Shown here piece after piece: positions 24,001 through 36,600 of a stretch of 64,000 nt of DNA. Made by a program: the position numbers and the translations under genes. Origin of the DNA: Eledone cirrhosa (Eukaryota); NCBI GenBank assembly GCA_964016885.1, contig OZ024744.1, positions 5,022,001 through 5,086,000 on the forward strand. The letters are read 5' to 3'. How positions within the stretch are numbered: the first letter of the stretch is position 1; each line of letters opens with the position of its first letter. The notes under the pieces were generated by a model. It made no database searches and was not told where the DNA came from. It saw only the letters and a list, made by a program, of their open reading frames with translations.

Positions 24001-27000
24001 GTCTATGTTGGTAGAAAGTGAGGTTGGTAGCTGAGATCTATGTTGGTAGACAGTGGTTTTGGTAGCAGAAGTCTATCTTGGTAGACAGTGAGGTTGGTAG
24101 CAGAGGTCTATCTTGGTAGACAGTGGTGTTGGTAGCAGAGGTCTATCTTGGTAGACAGTGGTGTTGGTAGCAGAGGTCTATCTTGGTAGACAGTGGTGTT
24201 GGTAGCAGAAGTCTATCTTGGTAGACAGTGGTGTTGGTAGCAGAGGTCTATCTTGGTAGACAGTGGTGTTGCTAGCAGAGGTCTATCTTGGTAACAGTGG
24301 TGTTGCTAGCAAAGGTCTATGTTGGTAGACAGTGAGGTTGGTAGCAGAGGTCTATCTTGGTAGACAGTGAGGGTGGTTGCAGAGGTCTATCTTGGTAGAC
24401 AGTGGTGTTGGTAGCAGAGGTCTAGCTTGGTAGACAGTGAGGTTGGTATCAGAGGTCTATCTTGGTAGACAGTGAGGTTGGTAGCAGAGGTCTATGTTGG
24501 TAGACAGTGGTGTTGGTAGCATAGGTCTATCTTGGTAGACAGTGGTGTTGGTAGCAGAGGTCTATGTTGGTAGACAGTGGTGTTGGTAGTAGAGGTCTAT
24601 CTTGGTAGACAGTGGTGTTGGTAGCAGATGTCTATCTTGGTAGACAGTGGTGTTGGTAGCAGAGGTCTATCTTGGTAGACAGTGGTGTTGGTAGCAGATA
24701 TCTATCTTGGTAGACAGTGGTGTTGGTAGCAGAGGTCTATGTTGGTAGACAGTGGTGTTGGTAGCAGAGGTCTATCTTGGTAGTCAGTGGTGTTGGTAGC
24801 AGAGGTCTATCTTGGTAGACAGTGGTGTTGGTAGCAGAGGTCTATGTTGGTAGACAGTGAGGTTGGTAGCAGAGGTCTATCTTGGTAGACAGTGGTGTTG
24901 GTAGCAGAGGTCTATGTTGGTAGACAGTGGTGTTGGTAGCAGAGGTCTATCTTGGTAGATAGTGAGGTTGGTAGTAGAGGTCTATGTTGGTAGACATTGG
25001 TGTTGGTAGCAGAGTTCTATCTTGGTAGACAGTGGTGTTGGTAGCAGAGGTCTATGTTGGTAGACAGTGGTGTTGGTAATAGAGGTCTATCTTGGTAGAC
25101 AGTGGTGTTGGTAGCAGATGTCTATCTTGGTAGACAGTGGTGTTGGTACCAGAGGTCTATCTTGGTAGACAGTGGTGTTGGTAGGAGAGGTCTATCTTGG
25201 TAGACAGTGGTGTTGGTAGCAGAGGTCTATCTTGGTAGAAAGTGGTGTTGGTAGGAGAGGTCTATCTTGGTAGACAGTGGTGTTGGTAGCAGAGGTCTAT
25301 CTTGGTAGACAGTGGTGTTGGTAGCAGAGGTCTATATTGGTAGACAGTGGTGTTGGTAGCAGATGTCTATCTTGGTAGACAGTGGTGTTGGTAGCAGAGG
25401 TCTATCTTGGTAGACAGTGGTGGTGGTAGCAGAGGTCTATCTTGTTAGACAGTGTTGTTGGTAGCAGAGGTCTATCTTAGTAGACAGTGGTGTTGGTAGC
25501 AGAGGTCTATCCTGGTAGACAGTGGTGTTGGTAGCAGAGGTCTATCTTGGTAGACAGTAGTGTTGGTAGCAGAGGTCTATCTTGGTAGACAGTGGTGTTG
25601 GTAGCTGAGGTCTAACTTGGTAGACAGTGGTGTTGGTAGCAGAGGTCTATCTTAGTAGACAGTGGTTTGGTAGCAGAGGTCTACCTTGGTAGACAGTGGT
25701 GTCGGTAGCAGAGCTCTATCCTGGTAGACAGTGGTGTTGGTAGCAGAGGTCTATCTTGGTAGACAGTGAGGTTGGTAGCAGAGGTCTATGTTGGTAGACA
25801 GTGGTGTCGGTAGCAGAGCTCTATCTTGGTAGACAGTGGTGTTGGTAGCAGAAGTCTATCATGGTAGACAGTGAGGTTGGGAGCAGAGGTCTATGTTGGT
25901 AGACAGTGGTGTTGGTAGCAGAGGTCTATCTTGGTAGACAGTGGTGTTGGTAGCAGAGGTTTATCTTGGTAGACAGTGGTGTTGGTAGCAGAGGTCTATG
26001 TTGGTAGACAGTGGTGTTGGTAGCAGAGGTATATCTTGGTAGGCAGTGGTGTTGGTAGCAGAGCTCTATCTTGGTAGACAGTGGTGTTGGTAGCAGAGGT
26101 CTTTCTTGGTAGACAGTGGTGTTGGTAGCAGAGGTCTATGTTGGTAGAAAGTGAGGTTGGTAGCATAGGTCTATCTTGGTAGACAATGAGGTTGGTAGCA
26201 GAGGTCTATGTTGGTAGACAGTGGTGTTGGTAGCATAGGTCTATCTTGGTAGACAGTGGTGTTGGTAGCAGAGGTCTATGTTGGTAGACAGTGGTGTTGG
26301 TAGTAGAGGTCTATCTTGGTAGACAGTGGTGTTGGTAGCAGATGTCTATCTTGGTAGACAGTGGTGTTGGTAGCAGAGGTCTATCTTGGTAGACAGTGGT
26401 GTTGGTAGCAAATATCTATCTTGGTAGACAGTGTTGTTGGTAGCAGAGTTCTATGTTGGTAGACAGTGGTGTTGGTAGCAGAGGTCTATCTTGGTAGACA
26501 GTGAGGGTGGTTGCAGAGGTCTATCTTGGTAGACAGTGGTGTTGGTAGCAGAGGTCTATCTTGGTAGACAGTGAGGTTGGTATCAGAGGTCTATCTTGGT
26601 AGACAGTGAGGTTGGTAGCAGAGGTCTATGTTGGTAGACAGTGGTGTTGGTAGCATAGGTCTATCTTGGTAGACAGTGGTGTTGGTAGCAGAGGTCTATG
26701 TTGGTAGACAGTGGTGTTGGTAGTAGAGGTCTATCTTGGTAGACAGTGGTGTTGGTAGCAGATGTCTATCTTGGTAGACAGTGGTGTTGGTAGCAGAGGT
26801 TAATCTTGGTAGACAGTGGTGTTGGTAGCAGAGGTCTATGTTGGTAGACAGTGGTGTTGATAGCAGAGGTTAATCTTGGTAGACAGTGGTGTTGGTAGCA
26901 GAGGTCTATCTTGGTAGACAGTGGTGTTGGTAGAAGAGGTCTATCTTGGTAGACAGTGGTGTTGGTAGCAGAGATCTATGTTGGTAGACAGTGGTGTTGG

Positions 27001-29316
27001 TAGCAGAGGTCTATCTTAGTAGACAGTGGTGTTGGTAGCAGAGGTCTATCTTGGTAGACAGTGAAGTTGGTAGCAGAGGTCTATCTTGGTAGACAGTGAG
27101 GTTGGTAGCAGAGGTCTATCTTGGTAGACAGTGGTGTTGGTAGCAGAGGTCTATCTTGGTAGACAGTGAGGTTGGTAACAGAGGTCTATCTTGGTAGACA
27201 GTGGTGTTGTAGCAGAGGTCTATCTCGGTAGACAGTGAAGTTGGTAGCAGAGGTCTATGCTGGTAGACAGTGGTGTTGGTAGCAGAGGTCTATCTTGGTA
27301 GACAGTGGTGTTGGTAGCAGAGGTCTATCTTGGTAGACAGTGCTGTTGGTAGCAGAGGTCTATGTTGGTAGACAGTGAGGTTGGTAGCAGAGGTCTATCT
27401 TGGTAGATAGTGATGTTGGTAGCAGAGGTCTATCTTGGTAGACAGTGAGGTTGGTATGAGAGGTCTATCTTGGTAGACAGTGGTGTTGGTAGCAGAGGTC
27501 TATGTTGGTAGACAGTGGTGTTGGTAGCAGAGGTCTATCTTGGTAGATAGTGAGGTTGGTAGTAGAGGTCTATGTTGGTAGACATTGGTGTTGGTAGCAG
27601 AGTTCTATCTTGGTAGACAGTGGTGTTGGTAATAGAGGTCTATCTTGGTAGACAGTGGTGTTGGTAGCAGATGTCTATCTTGGTAGACAGTGGTGTTGGT
27701 AGCAGAGGTCTATCTTGGTAGACAGTGGTGTTGGTAGCAGAGGTTTATCTTGGTAGACAGTGGTGTTGGTAGCATATGTCTATCTTGGTAGACAGTGGTG
27801 TTGGTAGCAGAGGTCTTTCTTGGTAGACAGTGGTGTTGGTAGCAGAGGTCTATGTTGGTAGAAAGTGAGGTTGGTAGCAGAGGTCTATCTTGGTAGACAG
27901 TGGTGTTGGTAGCAGAGGTCTATCTTGGTAGACAGTGATGTTGGTAGAAGAGGTCTATGTTGGTAGAAAGTGAGGTTGGTAGCAGAGGTCTATCTTGGTA
28001 GACAGTGGTGTTGGTAGCAGAGGTTTATATTGGTAGACAGTGGTGTTGGTAGCAGAGGTTTATCTTGGTAGACATTGAGGTTGGTAGCAGAGGTCTATCT
28101 TGGTAGACAGTGGTGTTGGTAGCAGAGGTCTATGTTGGTAGACAGTGGAGTTGGTAGCAGAGGTCTATCTTGGTAGACAGTGGTGTTGGTAGCAGATGTC
28201 TATATTGGTAGACAGTGGTGTTGGTAGCAGAGGTCTATCTTGGTAGACAGTGAGGTTGGTAGCAGAGGTCTATCTTCGTAGACAGTGAGGTTGGTAGCAG
28301 AGGTCTATCTTGGTAGACAGTGGTGTTGGTAGCAGAGGTCTATGTTGGTAGACAGTGAGGTTGGTAGCAGAGGTCTATCTTGGTAGACAGTGAAGTTGGT
28401 AGCAGAGGTCTATCTTGGTAGACAGTGAGGGTGGTAGCAGAGGTCTATCTTGGTAGACAGTGGTGTTCGTAGCAGAGGTCTATCTTGGTAGACAGTGGTG
28501 TTGGTAGCAGAGGTCTATCTTGGTAGACAGTGGGGTGGGTAGCAGAGGTCTATCTTGGTAGACAGTGGTGTTGGTAGCAGAGGTCTATCTTGGTAGACAG
28601 TGGTGTTGGTAGCAGAGGTCTATGTTGGTAGACAGTGGTGTTGGTAGCAGAGGTTAATCTTGGTAGACAGTGGTGTTGGTAGCAGAGGTCTATCTTGGTA
28701 GACAGTGGTGTTGGTAGCAGAGATCTATCTTGGTAGACAGTAGTGTTGGTAGCAGCGGTCTATGTTGGTAGACAGTGGTGTTTGTAGCAGAGGTCTATGT
28801 TGGTAGACAGTGGTGTTGGAAGCAGAGGTCTATCTTAGTAGACAGTGGTGTTGGTACATAGGTCTATGTTGGTAGACAGTGAGGTTGGTAGCAGAGGTCT
28901 ATATTGGTAGACAGTGAGGTTGGTAGCAGAGGTCTATCTTGGTAGACAGTGAGGTTGGTAGCAGAGCTCTATCTTGGTAGAAAGTGGTGTTGGTAGCAGA
29001 GGTCTATGTTGGTAGACAGTGGTGTTGGTAGCAGAGGTTTATCTTGGTAGACAGTGGTGTTGGTAGCAGAGGTCTATGTTGGTAGACAGTGGTGTTGGTA
29101 GCAGAGGTATATCTTGGTAGGCAGTGGTGTTGGTAGCAGAGCTCTATCTTGGTAGACAGTGGTGTTGGTAGCAGAGGTCTTTCTTGGTAGACAGTGGTGT
29201 TGCTAGCAGAGGTCTATGTTGGTAGAAAGTGAGGTTGGTAGCTGAGGTCTATGTTGGTAGACAGTGGTGTTGGTAGCAGAAGTCTATCTTGGTAGACAGT
29301 GAGGTTGGTAGCAGAG
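20852..29316. repeat. Higher-order unit, copy B
   Basis: Markers at 23681, 24425, 25145, 25861, ~27455 and 28857 follow the same order as copy A, with an initial offset of 20,851 bp. Confidence 0.85.
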
Positions 29317-30646
29317 GTCTATGTTGGTAGACATTGGTGTTGGTAGCAGAGTTCTATCTTGGTAGACAGTGGTGTTGGTAGCAGAGGTCTATGTTGGTAG
29401 ACAGTGGTGTTGGTAATAGAGGTCTATCTTGGTAGACAGTGGTGTTGGTAGCAGATGTCTATCTTGGTAGACAGTGGTGTTGGTAGCAGAGGTCTATCTT
29501 GGTAGACAGTGGTGTTGGTAGCAGAGGTCGATCTTGGTAGACAGTGGTGTTGGTAGCAGAGGTCTATCTTGGTAGACAGTGGTGTTGGTAGCAGATGTCT
29601 ATCTTGGTAGACAGTGGTGTTGGTAGCAGAGATCTATCTTGGTAGACAGTGGTGTTGGTAGCAGAGGTCGATCTTGGTAGACAGTGGTGTTGGTAGCAGA
29701 GGTCGATCTTGGTAGACAGTGGTGTTGGTAGCAGAGGTCTATCTTGGTAGACAGTGGTGTTGGTAGCAGAGGTCTATGTTGGTAGACAGTGGTGTTGGTA
29801 GCAGAGGTATATCTTGGTAGGCAGTGGTGTTGGTAGCAGAGCTCTATCTTGGTAGACAGTGGTGTTGGTAGCAGAGGTCTATCTTGGTAGACAGTGGTGT
29901 TGGTAGCAGAGGTCTTTCTTGGTAGACAGTGGTGTTGGTAGCAGAGGTCTATGTTGGTAGAAAGTGAGGTTGGTAGCAGAGGTCTATCTTGGTAGAAAGT
30001 GGTGTTGGTAGGAGAGGTCTATCTTGGTAGACAGTGGTGTTGGTAGCAGAGGTCTATCTTGGTAGACAGTGGTGTTGGTAGCAGAGGTCTATATTGGTAG
30101 ACAGTGGTGTTGGTAGCAGATGTCTATCTTGGTAGACAGTGGTGTTGGTAGCAGAGGTCTATCTTGGTAGACAGTGGTGGTGGTAGCAGAGGTCTATCTT
30201 GTTAGACAGTGTTGTTGGTAGCAGAGGTCTATCTTAGTAGACAGTGGTGTTGGTAGCAGAGGTCTATCCTGGTAGACAGTAGTGTTGGTAGCAGAGGTCT
30301 ATCTTGGTAGACAGTAGTGTTGGTAGCAGAGGTCTATCTTGGTAGACAGTGGTGTTGGTAGCTGAGGTCTAACTTGGTAGACAGTGGTGTTGGTAGCAGA
30401 GGTCTATCTTAGTAGACAGTGGTGTTGGTAGCAGAGGTCTACCTTGGTAGACAGTGGTGTCGGTAGCAGAGCTCTATCCTGGTAGACAGTGGTGTTGGTA
30501 GCAGAGGTCTATCTTGGTAGACAGTGAGGTTGGTAGCAGAGGTCTATGTTGGTAGACAGTGGTGTTGGTAGCAGAGGTCTATGTTGGTAGACAGTGGTGT
30601 TGGTAGCAGAGGTCTATCTTGGTAGATAGTGAGGTTGGTAGTAGAG

Positions 30647-33600
30647 GTCTATGTTGGTAGACATTGGTGTTGGTAGCAGAGTTCTATCTTGGTAGACAGT
30701 GGTGTTGGTAGCAGAGGTCTATGTTGGTAGACAGTGGTGTTGGTAATAGAGGTCTATCTTGGTAGACAGTGGTGTTGGTAGCAGATGTCTATCTTGGTAG
30801 ACAGTGGTGTTGGTAGCAGAGGTCTATCTTGGTAGACAGTGGTGTTGGTAGCAGATGTCTATCTTGGTAGACAGTGGTGTTGGTAGCAGAGATCTATCTT
30901 GGTAGACAGTGGTGTTGGTAGCAGAGGTCGATCTTGGTAGACAGTGGTGTTGGTAGCAGAGGTCGATCTTGGTAGACAGTGGTGTTGGTAGCAGAGGTCT
31001 ATCTTGGTAGACAGTGGTGTTGGTAGCAGAGGTCTATGTTGGTAGACAGTGGTGTTGGTAGCAGAGGTATATCTTGGTAGGCAGTGGTGTTGGTAGCAGA
31101 GCTCTATCTTGGTAGACAGTGGTGTTGGTAGCAGAGGTCTACCTTGGTAGACAGTGGTGTTGGTAGCAGAGGTCTTTCTTGGTAGACAGTGGTGTTGGTA
31201 GCAGAGGTCTATGTTGGTAGAAAGTGAGGTTGGTAGCAGAGGTCTATCTTGGTAGAAAGTGGTGTTGGTAGGAGAGGTCTATCTTGGTAGACAGTGGTGT
31301 TGGTAGCAGAGGTCTATCTTGGTAGACAGTGGTGTTGGTAGCAGAGGTCTATATTGGTAGACAGTGGTGTTGGTAGCAGATGTCTATCTTGGTAGACAGT
31401 GGTGTTGGTAGCAGAGGTCTATCTTGGTAGACAGTGGTGGTGGTAGCAGAGGTCTATCTTGTTAGACAGTGTTGTTGGTAGCAGAGGTCTATCTTAGTAG
31501 ACAGTGGTGTTGGTAGCAGAGGTCTATCCTGGTAGACAGTGGTGTTGGTAGCAGAGGTCTATCTTGGTAGACAGTAGTGTTGGTAGCAGAGGTCTATCTT
31601 GGTAGACAGTGGTGTTGGTAGCTGAGGTCTAACTTGGTAGACAGTGGTGTTGGTAGCAGAGGTCTATCTTAGTAGACAGTGGTGTTGGTAGCAGAGGTCT
31701 ACCTTGGTAGACAGTGGTGTCGGTAGCAGAGCTCTATCCTGGTAGACAGTGGTGTTGGTAGCAGAGGTCTATCTTGGTAGACAGTGAGGTTGGTAGCAGA
31801 GGTCTATGTTGGTAGACAGTGGTGTCGGTAGCAGAGCTCTATCTTGGTAGACAGTGGTGTTGGTAGCAGAAGTCTATCTTGGTAGACAGTGAGGTTGGGA
31901 GCAGAGGTCTATGTTGGTAGACAGTGGTGTTGGTAGCAGAGGTCTATCTTGGTAGACAGAGGTGTTGGTAGGAGAGGTTTATCTTGGTAGACAGTGGTGT
32001 TGGTAGCAGAGGTCTATGTTGGTAGACAGTGGTGTTGGTAGCAGAGGTATATCTTGGTAGGCAGTGGTGTTGGTAGCAGAGCTCTATCTTGGTAGACAGT
32101 GGTGTTGGTAGCAGAGGTCTATCTTGGTAGACAGTGGTGTTGGTAGCAGAGGTCTATGTTAGTAGAAAGTGAGGTTGGTAGCAGAGGTCTATCTTGGTAG
32201 ACAGTGAGGGTGGTAGCAGAGGTCTATCTTGGTAAACAGAGGTGTTGGTAGCAGAGGTCTATCTTGGTAGACAGTGAGGTTGGTATCAGAGGTCTATCTT
32301 GGTAGACAGTGAGGTTGGTAGCAGAGGTCTATGTTGGTAGACAGTGGTGTTGGTAGCATAGGTCTATCTTGGTAGACAGTGGTGTTGGTAGCAGAGGTCT
32401 ATGTTGGTAGACAGTGGTGTTGGTAGTAGAGGTCTATCTTGGTAGACAGTGGTGTTGGTAGCAGATGTCTATCTTGGTAGACAGTGGTGTTGGTAGCAGA
32501 GGTCTATCTTGGTAGACAGTGGTGTTGGTAGCAAATATCTATCTTGGTAGACAGTGGTGTTGGTAGCAGAGGTCTATGTTGGTAGACAGTGGTGTTGGTA
32601 GCAGAGGTCTATCTTGGTAGACAGTGGTGTTGGTAGCAGAGGTCTATCTTGGTAGACAGTGGTGTTGGTAGCAGAGGTCTATCTTGGTAGACAGTGGTGT
32701 TGGTAGCAGAGGTCTATCTTGGTAGACAGTGGTGTTGGTAGCAGAGGTCTATGTTGGTAGACAGTGAGGTTGGTAGCAGAGGTCTATGTTGGTAGACAGT
32801 GGTGTTGGTAGCAGAGGTCTATCTTGGTAGACAGTGGTGTTGGTAGAAGAGGTCTATGTTGGTAGACAGTGAGGTTGGTAGCAGAGGTCTATCTTGGTAG
32901 ACAGTGAAGTTGGTAGCAGAGGTCTATCTTGGTAGACAGTGAGGGTGGTAGCAGAGGTCTATCTTGGTAGACAGTGGTGTTCGTAGCAGAGGTCTATCTT
33001 GGTAGACAGTGGTGTTGGTAGCAGAGGTCTAACTTGGTAGACAGTGAGGTTGGTAGCAGAGGTCTATCTTGGTAGACAGTGGTGTTGGTAGCAGAGGTCT
33101 ATCTTGGTAGACAGTGGGGTGGGTAGCAGAGGTCTATGTTGGTAGACAGTGGTGTTGGTAGCAGAGGTCTATGTTGGTAGACAGTGGTGTTGGTAGCAGA
33201 GGTCTATGTTGGTAGACAGTGGTGTTGGTAGCAGAGGTTAATCTTGGTAGACAGGGGGGGGGGGGTGTTGGTAGCAGAGATCTATCTTGGTAGACAGTAG
33301 TGTTGGTAGCAGAGGTCTATGTTGGTAGACAGTGGTGTTTGTAGCAGAGGTCTATGTTGGTAGACAGTGGTGTTGGAAGCAGAGGTCTATCTTAGTAGAC
33401 AGTGGTGTTGGTACTGAGGTCTATGTTGGTAGACAGTGAGGTTGGTAGCAGAGGTCTATATTGGTAGACAGTGAGGTTGGTAGCAGAGGTATATCTTGGT
33501 AGACAGTGAGGTTGGTAGCAGAGCTCTATCTTGGTAGACAGTGGTGTTGGTAGCAGAGGTCTATCTTGGTAGACAGTGGTGTTGGTAGCAGAGGTCTATC

Positions 33601-36600
33601 TTGGTAGACAGTGGTGTTGGTAGCAGAGGTCTATGTTGGTAGACAGTGGTGTTGGTAGCAGAGGTATATCTTGGTAGGCAGTGGTGTTGGTAGCAGAGCT
33701 CTATCTTGGTAGACAGTGGTGTTGGTAGCAGAGGTCTTTCTTGGTAGACAGTGGTGTTGCTAGCAGAGGTCTATGTTGGTAGAAAGTGAGGTTGGTAGCT
33801 GAGATCTATGTTGGTAGACAGTGGTTTTGGTAGCAGAAGTCTATCTTGGTAGACAGTGAGGTTGGTAGCAGAGGTCTATCTTGGTAGACAGTGGTGTTGG
33901 TAGCAGAGGTCTATCTTGGTAGACAGTGGTGTTGGTAGCAGAGGTCTATCTTGGTAGACAGTGGTGTTGGTAGCAGAAGTCTATCTTGGTAGACAGTGGT
34001 GTTGGTAGCAGAGGTCTATCTTGGTAGACAGTGGTGTTGCTAGCAGAGGTCTATCTTGGTAGACAGTGGTGTTGCTAGCAAAGGTCTATGTTGGTAGACA
34101 GTGAGGTTGGTAGCAGAGGTCTATCTTGGTAGACAGTGAGGGTGGTTGCAGAGGTCTATCTTGGTAGACAGTGGTGTTGGTAGCAGAGGTCTAGCTTGGT
34201 AGACAGTGAGGTTGGTATCAGAGGTCTATCTTGGTAGACAGTGAGGTTGGTAGCAGAGGTCTATGTTGGTAGACAGTGGTGTTGGTAGCATAGGCCTATC
34301 TTGGTAGACAGTGGTGTTGGTAGCAGAGGTCTATGTTGGTAGACAGTGGTGTTGGTAGTAGAGGTCTATCTTGGTAGACAGTGGTGTTGGTAGCAGATGT
34401 CTATCTTGGTAGACAGTGGTGTTGGTAGCAGAGGTCTATCTTGGTAGACAGTGGTGTTGGTAGCAGATATCTATCTTGGTAGACAGTGGTGTTGGTTATA
34501 GAGGTCTATGTTGGTAGACAGTGGTGTTGGTAGCAGAGGTCTATCTTGGTAGTCAGTGGTGTTGGTAGCAGAGGTCTATCTTGGTAGACAGTGGTGTTGG
34601 TAGCAGAGGTCTATGTTGGTAGACAGTGAGGTTGGTAGCAGAGGTCTATCTTGGTAGACAGTGGTGTTGGTAGCAGAGGTCTATGTTGGTAGACAGTGGT
34701 GTTGGTAGCAGAGGTCTATCTTGGTAGATAGTGAGGTTGGTAGTAGAGGTCTATGTTGGTAGACATTGGTGTTCGTAGCAGAGTTCTATCTTGGTAGACA
34801 GTGGTGTTGGTAGCAGAGGTCTATGTTGGTAGACAGTGGTGTTGGTAATAGAGGTCTATCTTGGTAGACAGTGGTGTTGGTAGCAGATGTCTATCTTGGT
34901 AGACAGTGGTGTTGGTACCAGAGGTCTATCTTGGTAGACAGTGGTGTTGGTAGGAGAGGTCTATCTTGGTAGACAGTGGTGTTGGTAGCAGAGGTCTATC
35001 TTGGTAGAAAGTGGTGTTGGTAGGAGAGGTCTATCTTGGTAGACAGTGGTGTTGGTAGCAGAGGTCTATCTTGGTAGACAGTGGTGTTGGTAGCAGAGGT
35101 CTATATTGGTAGACAGTGGTGTTGGTAGCAGATGTCTATCTTGGTAGACAGTGGTGTTGGTAGCAGAGGTCTATCTTGGTAGACAGTGGTGGTGGTAGCA
35201 GAGGTCTATCTTGTTAGACAGTGTTGTTGGTAGCAGAGGTCTATCTTAGTAGACAGTGGTGTTGGTAGCAGAGGTCTATCCTGGTAGACAGTGGTGTTGG
35301 TAGCAGAGGTCTATCTTGGTAGACAGTAGTGTTGGTAGCAGAGGTCTATCTTGGTAGACAGTGGTGTTGGTAGCTGAGGTCTAACTTGGTAGACAGTGGT
35401 GTTGGTAGCAGAGGTCTATCTTAGTAGACAGTGGTTTGGTAGCAGAGGTCTACCTTGGTAGACAGTGGTGTCGGTAGCAGAGCTCTATCCTGGTAGACAG
35501 TGGTGTTGGTAGCAGAGGTCTATCTTGGTAGACAGTGAGGTTGGTAGCAGAGGTCTATGTTGGTAGACAGTGGTGTCGGTAGCAGAGCTCTATCTTGGTA
35601 GACAGTGGTGTTGGTAGCAGAAGTCTATCATGGTAGACAGTGAGGTTGGGAGCAGAGGTCTATGTTGGTAGACAGTGGTGTTGGTAGCAGAGGTCTATCT
35701 TGGTAGACAGTGGTGTTGGTAGCAGAGGTTTATCTTGGTAGACAGTGGTGTTGGTAGCAGAGGTCTATGTTGGTAGACAGTGGTGTTGGTAGCAGAGGTA
35801 TATCTTGGTAGGCAGTGGTGTTGGTAGCAGAGCTCTATCTTGGTAGACAGTGGTGTTGGTAGCAGAGGTCTATCTTGGTAGACAGTGGTGTTGGTAGCAG
35901 AGGTCTTTCTTGGTAGATAGTGGTGTTGGTAGCAGAGGTCTATGTTGGTAGAAAGTGAGGTTGGTAGAGGTCTATCTTGGTAGACAATGAGGTTGGTAGC
36001 AGAGGTCTATGTTGGTAGACAGTGGTGTTGGTAGCATAGGTCTATCTTGGTAGACAGTGGTGTTGGTAGCAGAGGTCTATGTTGGTAGACAGTGGTGTTG
36101 GTAGTAGAGGTCTATCTTGGTAGACAGTGGTGTTGGTAGCAGATGTCTATCTTGGTAGACAGTGGTGTTGGTAGCAGAGGTCTATCTTGGTAGACAGTGG
36201 TGTTGGTAGCAAATATATATCTTGGTAGACAGTGTTGTTGGTAGCAGAGTTCTATGTTGGTAGACAGTGGTGTTGGTAGCAGAGGTCTATCTTGGTAGAC
36301 AGTGAGGGTGGTTGCAGAGGTCTATCTTGGTAGACAGTGGTGTTGGTAGCAGAGGTCTATCTTGGTAGACAGTGAGGTTGGTATCAGAGGTCTATCTTGG
36401 TAGACAGTGAGGTTGGTAACAGAGGTCTATGTTGGTAGACAGTGGTGTTGGTAGCATAGGTCTATCTTGGTAGACAGTGGTGTTGGTAGAAGAGGTCTAT
36501 CTTGGTAGACAGTGGTGTTGGTAGCAGAGATCTATGTTGGTAGACAGTGGTGTTGGTAGCAGAGGTCTATCTTAGTAGACAGTGGTGTTGGTAGCAGAGG

